From Octopus vulgaris (Eukaryota), in NCBI GenBank assembly GCA_951406725.2, contig OX597816.1:178684001-178748000 (forward strand): DNA of 64,000 bases, given 5' to 3'. This document shows positions 12,201 through 26,406 of the stretch, one piece after another. The translations under genes were made by a program, and so were the position numbers. A model generated the notes under the pieces. It made no database searches. It worked only from the letters and a program-made list of their open reading frames with translations, and was not told where the DNA came from. The first letter of the stretch is position 1. Each line of letters starts with the position of its first letter.

Positions 12201-15200
12201 TTCTGCTAGCACTGCCCATTGATTGTATTAGCACCACCCACTGATTGTCCAAGCACCATGTACTGATGGTATTAGGACCACCCACCGATTCTGCTAGCAC
12301 TGCCCATTGATTGTATTAGCACCACCCACTGATTGATCAAGCACCATGTACTGATGGTATTAGGACCACCCACCGATTCTGCTAGCACTGCCCATTGATT
12401 GTATTATCACCACCCACTGATTGTCCAAGCACCATGTACTGATGGTATTAGGACCACCCACCGATTCTGCTAGCACTGCCCATTGATTGTATTATCACCA
12501 CCCACTGATTGTCCAAGCACCATGTACTGATGGTATTAGGACCACCCACCGATTCTGCTAGCACTGCCCATTGATTGTATTAGCACCACCCACTGATTGT
12601 CCAAGCACCATGTACTGATGGTATTAGGACCACCCACCGATTCTGCTAGCACTGCCCATTGATTGTATTATCACCACCCACTGATTGTCCAAGCACCATG
12701 TACTGATGATATTAGGACCACCCACCGATTCTGCTAGCACTGCCCATTGATTGTATTAGCACCACCCACTGATTGTCCAAGCACCATGTACTGATGGTAT
12801 TAGGACCACCCACCGATTCTGCTAGCACTGCCCATTGATTGTATTAGCACCACCCACTGATTGATCAAGCACCATGTACTGATGGTATTAGGACCACCCA
12901 CCGATTCTGCTAGCACTGCCCATTGATTGTATTAGCACCACCCACTGATTGTCCAAGCACCATGTACTGATGGTATTAGGACCACCCACCGATTAGGACC
13001 ACCCACCGATTCTGCTAGCACTGCCCATTGATTGTATTATCACCACCCACTGATTGTCCAAGCACCATGTACTGATGGTATTAGGACCACCCACCGATTC
13101 TGCTAGCACTGCCCATTGATTGTATTAGCACCACCCACTGATTGTCCAAGCACCATGTACTGATGGTATTAGGACCACCCACCGATTCTGCTAGCACTGC
13201 CCATTGATTGTATTATCACCACCCACTGATTGTCCAAGCACCATGTACTGATGGTATTAGGACCACCCACCGATTCTGCTAGCACTGCCCATTGATTGTA
13301 TTAGGCACCACCCACTGATTGTCCAAGCACCATGTACTGATGGTATTAGGACCACCCACCGATTCTGCTAGCACTGCCCATTGATTGTATTAGCACCACC
13401 CACTGATTGTCCAAGCACCATGTACTGATGGTATTAGGACCACCCACCGATTCTGCTAGCACTGCCCATTGATTGTATTATCACCACCCACTGATTGATC
13501 AAGCACCATGTACTGATGGTATTAGGACCACCCACCGATTCTTCTAGCACTGCCCATTGATTGTATTAGCACCACCCACTGATTGTTCAAGCACCATGTA
13601 CTGATGGTATTAGGACCACCCACCGATTCTGCTAGCACTGCCCATTGATTGTATTAGCACCACCCACTGATTGTCCAAGCACCATGTACTGATGGTATTA
13701 GGACCACCCACCGATTCCGCTAGCACTGCCCATTGATTGTATTATCACCACCCACTGATTGTCCAAGCACCATGTACTGATGGTATTAGGACCACCCACC
13801 GATTCTGCTAGCACTGCCCATTGATTGTATTAACACCACCCACTGATTGTCCAAGCACCATGTACTGATGGTATTAGGACCACCCACCGATTCTGCTAGC
13901 ACTGCCCATTGATTGTATTAGCACCACCCACTGATTGTCCAAGCACCATGTACTGATGGTATTAGGACCACCCACCGATTCTGCTAGCACTGCCCATTGA
14001 TTGTATTATCACCACCCACTGATTGTCCAAGCACCATGTACTGATTGTATTAGCACCACCCACTGATTGTCCAAGCACCATGTACTGATGGTATTAGGAC
14101 CACCCACCGATTCTGCTAGCACTGCCCATTGATTGTATTAGCACCACCCACTGATTGTCCAAGCACCATGTACTGATGGTATTAGGACCACCCACCGATT
14201 CTGCTAGCACTGCCCATTGATTGTATTATCACCACCCACTGATTGTCCAAGCACCATGTACTGATGGTATTAGGACCACCCACCGATTCTGCTAGCACTG
14301 CCCATTGATTGTATTATCACCACCCACTGATTGTCCAAGCACCATGTACTGATGGTATTAGGACATGTACACCCACCGATTCTGCTAGCACTGCCCATTG
14401 ATTGTATTAGCACCACCCACTGATTGTCCAAGCACCATGTACTGATGGTATTAGGACCACCCACCGATTCTGCTAGCACTGCCCATTGATTGTATTAGCA
14501 CCACCCACTGATTGTCCAAGCACCATGTACTGATGGTATTAGGACCACCCACCGATTCTGCTAGCACTGCCCATTGATTGTATTAGCACCACCCACTGAT
14601 TGTCCAAGCACCATGTACTGATGGTATTAGGACCACCCACCGATTCTGCTAGCACTGCCCATTGATTGTATTAGCACCACCCACTGATTGTCCAAGCACC
14701 ATGTACTGATGGTATTAGGACCACCCACCGATTCTGCTAGCACTGCCCATTGATTGTATTAGCACCACCCACTGATTGTCCAAGCACCATGTACTGATGG
14801 TATTAGGACCACCCACCGATTCTGCTAGCACTGCCCATTGATTGTATTAGCACCACCCACTGATTGTCCAAGCACCATGTACTGATGGTATTAGGACCAC
14901 CCACCGATTCTGCTAGCACTGCCCATTGATTGTATTAGCACCACCCACTGATTGTCCAAGCACCATGTACTGATGGTATTAGGACCACCCACCGATTCTG
15001 CTAGCACTGCCCATTGATTGTATTAGCACCACCCACTGATTGTCCAAGCACCATGTATTACTGATGTCCAAGCACCATGTACTGATGGTATTAGGACCAC
15101 CCACCGATTCTGCTAGCACTGCCCATTGATTGTATTAGCACCACCCACTGATTGTCCAAGCACCATGTACTGATGGTATTAGGACCACCCACCGATTCTG

Positions 15201-17008
15201 CTAGCACTGCCCATTGATTGTATTAGCACCACCCACTGATTGTCCAAGCACCATGTACTGATGGTATTAGGACCACCCACCGATTCTTCTAGCACTGCCC
15301 ATTGATTGTATTAGCACCACCCACTGATTGTCCAAGCACCATGTACTGATGGTATTGAGACCACCCACCGATTCTCCTAGCACTGCCCATTGATTGTATT
15401 AGCACCACCCACTGATTGATCAAGCACCATGTACTGATGGTATTAGGACCACCCACCGATTCTTCTAGCACTGCCCATTGATTGTATTAGCACCACCCAC
15501 TGATTGTCCAAGCACCATGTACTGATGGTATTAGGACCACCCACCGATTCTGCTAGCACTGCCCATTGATTGTATTAGCACCACCCACTGATTGTCCAAG
15601 CACCATGTACTGATGGTATTAGGACCACCCACCGATTCCGCTAGCACTGCCCATTGATTGTATTATCACCACCCACTGATTGTCCAAGCACCATGTACTG
15701 ATGGTATTAGGACCACCCACCGATTCTGCTAGCACTGCCCATTGATTGTATTAGCACCACCCACTGATTGTCCAAGCACCATGTACTGATGGTATTAGGA
15801 CCACCCACCGATTCTGCTAGCACTGCCCATTGATTGTATTAGCACCACCCACTGATTGTCCAAGCACCATGTACTGATGGTATTAGGACCACCCACCGAT
15901 TCTGCTAGCACTGCCCATTGATTGTATTAGCACCACCCACTGATTGTCCAAGCACCATGTACTGATGGTATTAGGACCACCCACCGATTCTGCTAGCACT
16001 GCCCATTGATTGTATTAGCACCACCCACTGATTGTCCAAGCACCATGTACTGATGGTATTAGGACCACCCACCGATTCTGCTAGCACTGCCCATTGATTG
16101 TATTATCACCACCCACTGATTGTCCAAGCACCATGTACTGATGGTATTAGGACCACCCACCGATTCTGCTAGCACTGCCCATTGATTGTATTAGCACCAC
16201 CCACTGATTGTCCAAGCACCATGTACTGATGGTATTAGGACCACCCACCGATTCTGCTAGCACTGCCCATTGATTGTATTAGCACCACCCACTGATTGTC
16301 CAAGCACCATGTACTGATGGTATTAGGACCACCCACCGATTCTGCTAGCACTGCCCATTGATTGTATTATCACCACCCACTGATTGTCCAAGCACCATGT
16401 ACTGATGGTATTAGGACCACCCACCGATTCTGCTAGCACTGCCCATTGATTGTATTAGCACCACCCACTGATTGTCCAAGCACCATGTACTGATGGTATT
16501 AGGACCACCCACCGATTCTGCTAGCACTGCCCATTGATTGTATTAGCACCACCCACTGATTGTCCAAGCACCATGTACTGATGGTATTAGGACCACCCAC
16601 CGATTCTGCTAGCACTGCCCATTGATTGTATTAGCACCTCCCACTGATTGTCCAAGCACCATGTACTGATGGTATTAGGACCACCCACCGATTCTGCTAG
16701 CACTGCCCATTGATTGTATTAGCACCACCCACTGATTGTCCAAGCACCATGTACTGATGGTATTAGGACCACCCACCGATTCTGCTAGCACTGCCCATTG
16801 ATTGTATTATCACCACCCACTGATTGTCCAAGCACCATGTACTGATGGTATTAGGACCACCCACCGATTCTGCTAGCACTGCCCATTGATTGTATTAGCA
16901 CCACCCACTGATTGTCCAAGCACCATGTACTGATGGTATTAGGACCACCCACCGATTCTTCTAGCACTGCCCATTGATTGTATTAGCACCACCCACTGAT
17001 TGTACTTG
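9223..17008. repeat. Tandem satellite, 88-bp unit made of four diverged 22-bp monomers, roughly 88 copies
   Basis: Unit ACCACCCACTGATTGTCCAAGC|ACCATGTACTGATGGTATTAGG|ACCACCCACCGATTCTGCTAGC|ACTGCCCATTGATTGTATTAGC. Same phase at 10141 and 11461 (1320 = 15x88). Confidence 0.97.
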
Positions 17009-17998
17009 CATATGAATATCTGAATATTTCACCTGTAGTTGTGCCATTAACGTAATCTTAATGCTGAATCAGCTTGTGACAAACAGGACAGGTACAGACA
17101 CAGTCTGTTTGATACCACATAGTTTCCATTTACCCAGTTTCGAACTTGGATTGATCTGAAACTGCAGTAAAAGACGCTTGCCCGAGATGTTACGCAATCG
17201 GATTGAACTCTGGCCGCATGATTGTGTCACGTATATACAATTTATATCTGCATCTCATACATATATACACACATACTCATTTATACAGACACACAGACAA
17301 ACAAATACACTCAGTCATACACAAACATATAAACTTAGATAAACTTAGATATGTTTCGACCAAAGATTGGTCCAGGCCATGTCTAACTTAATAGCACCAC
17401 CTGATCATAACGTTCAAACATACAAAGACAAAGAGGTAAGCGGTAGATAGATAAACCTAAAGATTGCTCGATAGATGGATAGTTAGATAAGTAGATATTT
17501 TATTTCATTGTAAATGATAGGGCAATTACAAAAAAATCTAGTTTAAGGTGAGTTCTTGGTAGGAAAGTTTGTATAATTTAGTTATGTGAGTATTTAATCG
17601 TGTGAACTTTTTGTCGGTCATCTTTTCATTGGCATCTAATATAAAGATTCCCTTCCCCATTTTAATGATCAGATAAGGAAAGGGAAAATTTGTGCCTTTC
17701 CCACCATGGGTATTAGCAATATAATTAAAGCGTAATTGTTTTAGCTAAGTTAGAAATCGGGTCACATTGTTGGCGCACCAGGAGCGTATGTCCTCTTCTA
17801 GGGAACTTAGCTTTCTAGAATATATAACATTGATGAAAGAATTAATAAGTAAATGTATGTGAATGTATGTTTGCTTGTGTGTGTCGTGGTCCAAGTATGT
17901 GTACCTTTGTGCGTGTATGTGCGTGCGTGCGTGCGTGTGTGTGTGCGTGCGTGCGTGCGTGCGTGTGTGTGTGTGTGTGTGTTGCATTTTTGTATACA

Positions 17999-18890
17999 CT
18001 GGGTCTTCGGGCTAAATTTGACAGTTTGCATAAAAGGATAAGAAAACACAATATCCCAACCAAAAATAAAAGTATGTTAAAAAAATACTAAAAAAGATCA
18101 ACTACATTATGGCTGGGAGATTATAATTTATTCAAAGCAACCGCCCTCAGCTCCCACGATGGTCTCGACACGGCTCTGGAACCTGGTGCATTCGTCCCTC
18201 ACTGTGTTCCAGTGAAGATCTTCGAATACCTACTTAATCTTGGCCACCAGCTCTGCCTTGGTGTTGCAGGCAGAGCGGTTGGTGTCTTTCTCAAATGCGT
18301 CTCGCTCATAGTAATCTATAGGATTCGGGTGAATTAGGAGGCCAGAAGTTGGGGTTGGTGAAGTCGTTGAAATTCTCTGACAACCACTTCTGACTCTTCC
18401 CGGAGGCATGACAAGGAGCCGAATTCTGCAGTCACACACACGGCCTTCCAGCAGCAACCCTTTCCAGTTAAGATTTGATCACAGTCTCCAGTAGCTTCAC
18501 GTAGCCGTCTGAATTGAATCTAAGGCCCCGTTTATCGGTTATGGGATGAATCCTGGCGTGCGAACGCAGTCAGAACGCTTGCTATGTCCCTTCCTGCTGA
18601 CCACATCTTCGTCGGCTCCGTTGCAGCTTACAACCTTTACAGTATTCACAGCGCATTGAGCAGCAGCAGCAGCAGCAGCAGCCAAGATGTCAGCATTTTG
18701 GTACCCAGCGTGAATCATGATACAGTTAACTCTTTTCCAATATTTGAAATGGCTTCCATGTCAGCCAACTTTTTCACAACTACAGCTTTAATTTTTAAGC
18801 TCTCCAATATACTAAGCTCTTCTTTAAAAAAACAAAAAAAAAAAAACAGGAGAGACATAAAATAATCGTCAAATTTAGTCCGAACACACA

Positions 18891-18891
<1 letters not shown>
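17999..18891 (-). mobile_element. Internally deleted Tc1/mariner-superfamily element (DD37D/maT-like)
   Basis: TIR pair CTGGGTCTTCGGGCTAAATTTGAC (17999-) and GTCAAATTTAGTCCGAACACACAG (-18891) plus TA. Minus-strand remnant PIDYYERDAFEKDTNRSACNTKAELVAKIK. Confidence 0.8.
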
Positions 18892-18923
<32 letters not shown>

Positions 18924-19127
18924 TTGTTAATATACGCAAGCAACTATGGCCAAGTGGTTTAATAGATCATTTTGCGCTCATAAAATCCCGGGTCCGATTC
19001 CATTACAAAATTGCGTAAATAGAAACTGTGAGGAAACTTATCGGATGGAGTGTAATAGCAATTCTAAGAACCAGCCTTGTCACATGCTTATGTCATGTTG
19101 TTTCTACTTCAGTTTTGCGTTCAGGGA

Positions 19128-19320
19128 AGGCAGCGAGCTGGCAGGATCGTTAGAATGCCGGACAAACTGCTTAGTGGCATTCCTTTCAGCTTTATGTTCT
19201 GAGTTCAGATTCTGCTGAGGTTGACTTTGCCTTTCGTCCTTTCAGGGTCGATGAAACAAGTACCAGTTGAACACTGGGCTCAATGAAATTGACTTATTCC
19301 CTCCCGCCGAAAACATTTGA
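19128..19320 (+). mobile_element. SINE family B
   Basis: GGCAGCGAGCTGGCAGG head and GTTGACTTTGCCTTTCGTCCTTTCAGGGTCGAT...AAGTACCAGTT core. Confidence 0.8.
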
Positions 19321-20413
19321 GATCATTATTATCATTAAAATACTTTGCAGGATTTTGTTTGCTGGGGTCGAGGTAATCGGGTACATCTTTCCCAAAATTT
19401 CAGATGTTGTGCCTCTAGTAGAAAGGAGTATTGTATTAAGGGTACAATTGTCAGGAGAGTACCCAACCTCTGGCGCTATAAGGTAAGAAACAAACTAATC
19501 AGCTGACCTAATAACTGGAAATATTCATCGTCAAAAGCGACGGAGAATCCGTTTTCTTTTATTTACTGTAAATAACTGTTATATAAGCATGCAGTGATAT
19601 GCTTATATGTATGTGGGTGTTTCTTCCTACATGTCTAATTATTGTTCTACTTGTATAATTGCTGTAGATGTAAACTGTCGTCTATTTCATTGAAAGATGT
19701 GGTGTCTAAATTGTTTATGATAGTTTCCTCGGTATTTTTATATCTCTTTCTTATCTGGAATGTTTTTAGGAGATTATGTTGCTGTCAACAAGGCCGTTCC
19801 TAGTCTGCTCGACAACCCTGTGCATTTCTTTGACAAGCCAATTTTAACAAGAATATCTTTAGTAACAAAGGCGTAAATAATACCATATATAATATACATT
19901 TATTCAAGTTTCTTAACTTTAGGCACAATTTTAGTGTTGGAAAAGTAAATAGTGTGTTTGTATACCCTTTCATCAGAGCATTAATGACCTATATTACATT
20001 TATTCAGTAACTGAAACTGCATCACAGTTCACCTGCCAAGAGTTTCTCTCTTGCTTTGCGACGCTTGTCGCAAAACTATACATAAGTTAATACCTCTTCT
20101 AACAGATTAAATAATTTTTGCATATTCCTAGGCGGGAGATTATTCTTTATTGGTTTACTTCACCTTATTCAAGAAATTATAAGCCATATATCCATAAAAG
20201 AGTGAAGATCAAGATACAGTCACAATCAAGAGCAGGAAATCATTTAAGTGTCGACGACTTAGGAAGGATATCGAAAGTTCTGAAAAGAGTCAAACTATTA
20301 TTGCGGAAGTACGCTTAGATGAATATCAATTTATTGCACAATTTTAACAATACCCATTCTATGCATTCAGTTCTTTTTCAGTGGAGTCGAAACAACATTA
20401 TTAATAACAACTA

Positions 20414-21680
20414 CAATGTGGACTCAAAAGTTTATAGGCTGACTGTGAAGAAGTAATGCTAGAGTTGTGAAATCTTGCATGCAGTAACCTCAACTTTTAT
20501 TAATAACTGCATAAATTACATCTAACTGTTCAAAGAAGACTTCAAAAGTAACTAGTGGCAACTTCTCCTGAAAATCGACAAAATTTGGCATCGTACTGTT
20601 ATCAAGTACCTGCATAAAAAAGGTTTGTCTCCCAAGGGCATTAACGCTAACATGGTTGCTACATTAGGGGATGACACTCCAGCTTTATCAACAGTGCCAA
20701 AGTAGACAACTGAATTTAAGAGGGGAACGGAGGGTCTTGACGATGACCCAAAGTCTGTCTGTCTGTCCTGCAGCTGCCACCATCGAAGAAAGCATTGATC
20801 GTGTTCACCACAAAGTGATGGATATCAGGCGATTGACTACAAATCAAATAGTCAATATTATTAGCATATCCCATGAAAGAAAGTTGAGAATATTCTGCAA
20901 AATGAATTTAGCCCGACGAAGGTTTGCGCTGTGAGGGCGCCACATCAAAAACCTCATCAAAAACTCACCAAGCTGATCACATCACGGGAAAATCTGACAT
21001 TGTTTGAGATAGATCCAGCTGGTTTCCTTGAAGTTTCCTACTCATGGATGAGTGTCGGGTTCATCACTTTGAATCAGACAAAGAGACAATCCATGCAATG
21101 GGAACATCTCTCATTACCTGTTCCAAAGAAGGTCAAGGTCGTTTCATCTGCAGGGAGGGTGACGGCCTCAATTTTGGGGGATGCAAAAGGCATTATGCTC
21201 ATTGATTATTGTCAAAAGGGTCACACCATAAATGGAAGAGTACTATGCCAACTTGTTGAGACAGTTGCGAAAGACTATTAAGAAGAAACGGCCAGGAAAA
21301 CTAACGTTTCAAGCAGACAATGTTCCAGTAGACAAGTCGTTGGTTTCAATGCGTGCCGTGCGTGAGTGTGGCTTTGAACTGATTGATCACCGTCTCGATT
21401 CTTCTGATTTGACTCCATCTGATTATTTTCTATTACTCAACGGGGGAAAATAACATTTGGTTGAGAAACAGTATCAGTAATGATGATGTGATATCAGCAG
21501 TTAATAACATTTTTGACCAACAGGACGAAAGCTTCTTCACCAACCGGATCCAAGCACTGCAACATCTATGGAAGAAACGCATGAATCGCAAGGGGCAGGA
21601 TATGTTGAAAAGTAAACCTCATTTGGTCACATTCCACGAGAATATCTTGGTCAGTCTATGAACTTTTCAGCCGCTGCTTG
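20414..21680 (+). mobile_element. Full-length degenerate mariner (irritans-like)
   Basis: Imperfect TIRs (AAAAGTTTATAGGCTGAC / GTCAGTCTATGAACTTTT) with TA flanks. Remnants HRTVIKYLHKKGLSPK, TKRQSMQW, SAGRVTASILGDAKGIMLIDY, QADN and SSDLTPSDYFL. Confidence 0.9.
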
Positions 21681-21771
21681 TATGTAGGAAGTGATTCCAT
21701 TAAATATCATTTTTACAGTCAGTAAGCAGTTCTTCAGAGAAAGTTTTCTCCCTGCCATCTATGTCAGATTA

Positions 21772-22119
21772 CATACACACACACATACACACATACATAC
21801 ATACATACATACATACATACATACATACATACATACATACATACATACATACATACATACATACACACACATACATACATACATACATACACACATACAT
21901 ACATACATACATAAATACATACATACATACATACATACATTCATACATACAAACATACATACATACATACATACATACATGCATGCATGCATACATACAT
22001 ACACACATACATACATACATACATACACACATACATACATACATACATACATACACACATACACACACACATACATACATACATACATACATACATACAT
22101 ACATACATACATACATACA

Positions 22120-22150
<31 letters not shown>
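21772..22150. repeat. (TACA)n microsatellite
   Basis: Direct reading. Confidence 0.97.
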
Positions 22151-22153
<3 letters not shown>

Positions 22154-22859
22154 AAGGCTGGCTCAAACTCATAGATATGCGTTCTGAGTGCTCAAAAATT
22201 CCTGTTTCAACAGGAAGTTGTGGTTATGTGATTGTCTTGTTCAAAATGGTTACAGGTGGCTTTCCTTTGAGTCAGTAGGTTAAAGTAGTGAGGAAAGAAA
22301 AACAATTAGGCAAGGCATGACACGGACATTTAATTTCATCAAATTCAATCTAATTTAGCTACATAACGAAAGATAAAAAATAGTGACAGTCTCTGACAGC
22401 TGTTTTTAAGATATCTCAGCTATTGGAGCATTGTATGAAGCGAAGACTCTGTAAGTTGGGCAATCCATCATCGGAAAGGTTTAAGTTCGACAGTGGAAGA
22501 AAGTTCCTCGTTAATGATATTTGTTGTGATTCATTATATCCAGTTGGGTGGAAAGGTTCAGTTAAATTCAGTTAGATCGGGTATTCTTTAGGTAAATCCA
22601 TCATCAGCAAGGATGGTTGGTAGTACACCATGATGAGAAGAAGAAGAAAATGTTTTTGCAGTACTCCATTGTGAGGGAAATAAATGCTAGTATTCCAAAG
22701 TTCTGAAAATATTGTCTAACCTATATCTCGCCATTGACGAAATACCTACAGAGTCTTCGCTCGATTCGATGCTCCAATAGCAGGGATATCCCGGAAATAG
22801 CTGTCAAAGATTAATTTTTATTATATTTACCATTCGTTGTGTAGTTAAAGGCTTCACAA

Positions 22860-24221
22860 TTTTCTGCAGAAAGCGTCATCGACTCCTAAGCACTGTGAAA
22901 AGAAGTGAGGTGGCGTGACATGTCCCTCGTTGCTGATGACTTCCGGAACCATCACGGTTGTTGTGAACTTAGTATGCATGACCGTTGGAACCTCATTCGT
23001 GTCTCTGCATAACCATCTGTCCTTCCTTCAGTCTACCCTTTGGCTATGATCGAAGTTTTTCTCATCGGAGAAAAACCAAAGCATTCCACCCTCTTGTTTA
23101 GCAAACACTTTGCACGGATAGAAAGATTCTGTCTTGTCACATTCAACATAAACTGATCCCACCGCCTCACACATCACTTGTACCAGATGTTATCATGCAC
23201 AACTCTTCTGATGGTGCATACTGAAAACTTGAGGTCTTTGCAATGGTTTTGATTGCAATGGTTTTTCTCGATTATTTCTTAGACTTTTTGTACCAAGTTA
23301 TGTGTTCTGGTGGTATTAGGACTCTGTGCCGGCGTTTTGCCTTCAGCTGGTAATGTTAAATCCCCGTCAGCAGCTTCCAGATCCTTTCGAACGTTGACAA
23401 CGAAGGATCGGGCAACTTTCAGGAAGTTAGCTATCTTTGTATCTCTATGCCGAACTTTTAAGGCAACGGTTACAGTGTGCCTGTAGCATTAGCAGGGCAG
23501 TCGAATTACTTCACCCCAGCGTAGCAGCACACTAGTGCTGCGTTCCACCGCTCTTTAAAAGTTAGCGGCGGAGGAATACACATGACGACTTCCGCCCAGA
23601 GTAATGGCGCGCGCTTTTCAAAGACGTTTTATCCAGTCGCTGTCTAAATGTCGGAACGTTAACACCTAGTTCCCTTTCGTCGCTGCTTTGCTTTATCCCA
23701 TTCAGATGTAGACACTAATCTATCAACGAGCTTGTGGCTCGTCTAGCTCAGCACGCTGTGGGACTTCTACCTCGCCTCACTACCGCTTCAAACCTTATTG
23801 GATATTTTAGATTTGTAGCCAAGTACCAGATCTAACTACCTTGATGTATATTAAGGAATTAACTCAAGCCTCCTACACCTAGTTGTCTTGTACGCTTATC
23901 TCTGTTGTGCCAGCTATTTCACGTGTGAGCAATGGATAAATTGCGTTTGTTAACCAAAAGCATTACCTTCTGATTTTTATGGTTACCTTTATGGTTACCT
24001 TTTGCATCTATAGGTTTCAAACATTCTTACGTGCACACATCTAAATATACTTCCTTAACTGGTAAAGCCCAACTCTTAATTAACCTCTTGTTACATGCCT
24101 TTTCCATTGCTAAGTCAACCTGATGTCTGACATTATTTATCTGAAAAGCAAGTTAAATAAATAAGTTACAAGAAAGTTCGAGTTCTTGAAAGAGGTGTCC
24201 TCAAAAAAACTGACACACCCT
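22860..24221 (-). mobile_element. Degenerate DD37D/maT-like transposon (5' part), interrupted by a solo LTR
   Basis: Minus strand QWKRHTVTVALKVRHRDTKIANFLKVARSFVVNVRKDLEA reads across the LTR site; later HTKFTTTVMVPEVISNEGHVTPPHFF. Terminus-like CAGGGTGTGTCAG next to TA at ~24221. Second TIR not located. Confidence 0.7.
23482..24095. mobile_element. Solo LTR, 614 bp
   Basis: Begins TGTAGCA and ends TGTTACA. Flanked by a 4-bp TSD TGCC (23478-23481 and 24096-24099). Removing it restores the host transposase frame. Confidence 0.85.
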
Positions 24222-24862
24222 GTATGTGTGTGTGACTTTTGCACCACTTCAAGCATCGTGTTGCCTTGTTAGTCTATAGTGCGTACAAAGAAATTAAGGT
24301 ATTCAAAGCTATCATACATTGACCAAATTATGTTGCCAAACTCCACAACAATTCCAATATATAGCATACACTAAATGGCTCTACACTACATCACATCATT
24401 ACATCATCCCATATAAGAATTAAGCGTAATACATCCTCGTTGTCGGACATTGAAAGCTGCTTTCAAGTCTTCGAACTTAGTCCTCGGTCATGTTAGAATA
24501 AAACTGACTGAGATTTACAAAGTAATTTCAATTTTTAGGTTTTGGTCAACCGTTAAGCTGCAACTATGCCATTATTAAAATAGCAACGCTCTTCCTATCG
24601 TAAGTCAACATCTGTTCCATCGCTCCAAGTTCCATCGTTAGTCAACATCTGTTTGTCTCCTGTTTTCTCATAATACAAATATTATTGCATTTATCCATTG
24701 AAACTTATAATATTGTTTCCCATGCCAATAATATTTTCTCACGCACACAAAAACTCGGTATATTACTATGAAATATTGCAATACTTTTAATATCTGCTTT
24801 TTCGAAACCTGTATACAAGTTTTTACAAAGTTGTTTGCTAAACAATACAGAATAGTGGCATA

Positions 24863-24922
<60 letters not shown>

Positions 24923-25181
24923 ATGTATGTGTGTGTGCGCGCGCATAGAAAAGCAATAAAATAAACCCTGTACGACAATACTGCATTTATGCATAAACCT
25001 AAAGGTTTCAATAAACAATAGATACATGAGCACAGGTGTAGTTTCTATATTTGTATAACCATAAAGAGAACCGGTACATATATAAAATGTACGCTTATAC
25101 ACACACACACAAACACACACATATAAGGGATCTAGTCTAAAAATTGCATATTTTGCGAATGCAAAAAACTAGATCCTCTAT

Positions 25182-25242
<61 letters not shown>

Positions 25243-25321
25243 CACACACACAAACACATACATACATGTGTGTGTCTCTCTGTGTGTCTCTGTGTATATA
25301 CATACATACACACACACACAT

Positions 25322-25515
25322 ATTTGTGCGTCTATATTTGTCACCCCACCATCGCTTGTATTACGTCCGCGTAACTTAGCGGTTCGGCAAAACAAACCGA
25401 TAGAATAAGTACTAGGCTTACAAAGAATATCCTGGGGTTTATTTGTTCGACTAAAAGCGGTGCTCCAGCATGGCCTCAGTCAAAATGACTGAAACAAGTA
25501 AAAGAATAAAAAAGA
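25322..25515 (+). mobile_element. SINE family A, 3' half
   Basis: AACTTAGCGGTTCGGCAAAA...GCGGTGCTCCAGCATGGC...ATGACTGAAACAAGTAAAAG. Confidence 0.85.
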
Positions 25516-25578
25516 AAATGTATATATATATATATATGTGAACGTGTATGTGGAGAGAGAGAGAGAGAGAGGGAGGGC

Positions 25579-25622
<44 letters not shown>

Positions 25623-25708
25623 AAGAGAGAAAGCCATTAAGAGGACCGGTGCACATGTCGCGTTGTATTGTGTGAAGCTACAATGTTGTAATATATGTAT
25701 ATAGTATA

Positions 25709-26131
25709 GGCGCAGGAGTGGCTGTGTGGTAAGTAGCTTGCTTACCATCCACATGGTTCTGGGTTCAGTCCCACTGCGTGGCATCTTGGGCAAGTGTCTT
25801 CTACTATAGCCCCGGGCCGACCAATGCCTTGTGAGTGGATTTGTTAGACGGAAACTGAAAGAAGCCTGTCGTATATATGTATATATATATATATATGTGT
25901 GTATGTGTGTGTGTGTGTGTGTTTGTGTGTCTGTGTTTGTCTCCCTAGCATTGCTTCACAACCGATGCTGGTGTGTTTACGTCACCGTCACTTAGCGGTT
26001 CGGCCAAAGAGACCGATAGAATAAGTACTGGGCTTACAAAGAATAAGTCCCGGGGTCGATTTGCTCGACTAAAGGCGGTGCTCCAGCATGGCTGCAATCA
26101 AATGACTGAAACAAGTAAAAGAGTAAAAGAG
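25709..26131 (+). mobile_element. SINE family A, full length
   Basis: Near-identical to 2597-3010. Confidence 0.92.
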
Positions 26132-26373
26132 TATGTATGTTGTGCAACACAGGCCGTTCGTGTGGAGGTGCTTCTTCAGAATACTCTGAGTAGGCACTGA
26201 TGTGTAATAATGGAGTTTCGAAATAAGTACAACACTGTAAATCTGAGGGCGCACCATTGAATAGTGAGGCGTCCAAGGCAGCCCTTTAGTGACGGGCATG
26301 GTGCAACAACAAACAGTTTCAGTACATGTATATAACGTATGTTTCTCATAAGACTATGGAGTCAGTGACGAGA

Positions 26374-26406
<33 letters not shown>

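Noticed and set aside
9223-17008. CRISPR-like or coding repeat array
   Set aside because: No unique spacers and no cas genes. The 88-bp unit is not a multiple of 3 and contains stops. CTGATGG in the unit has no GAAA partner, so it is not a hammerhead array.
22735-22810. Further hammerhead-like remnants (also ~5655-5730, 28690-28730, 35390-35445, 60915-60950, 61485-61540)
   Set aside because: Each has two or more core mismatches or missing stems, so none can be supported individually.
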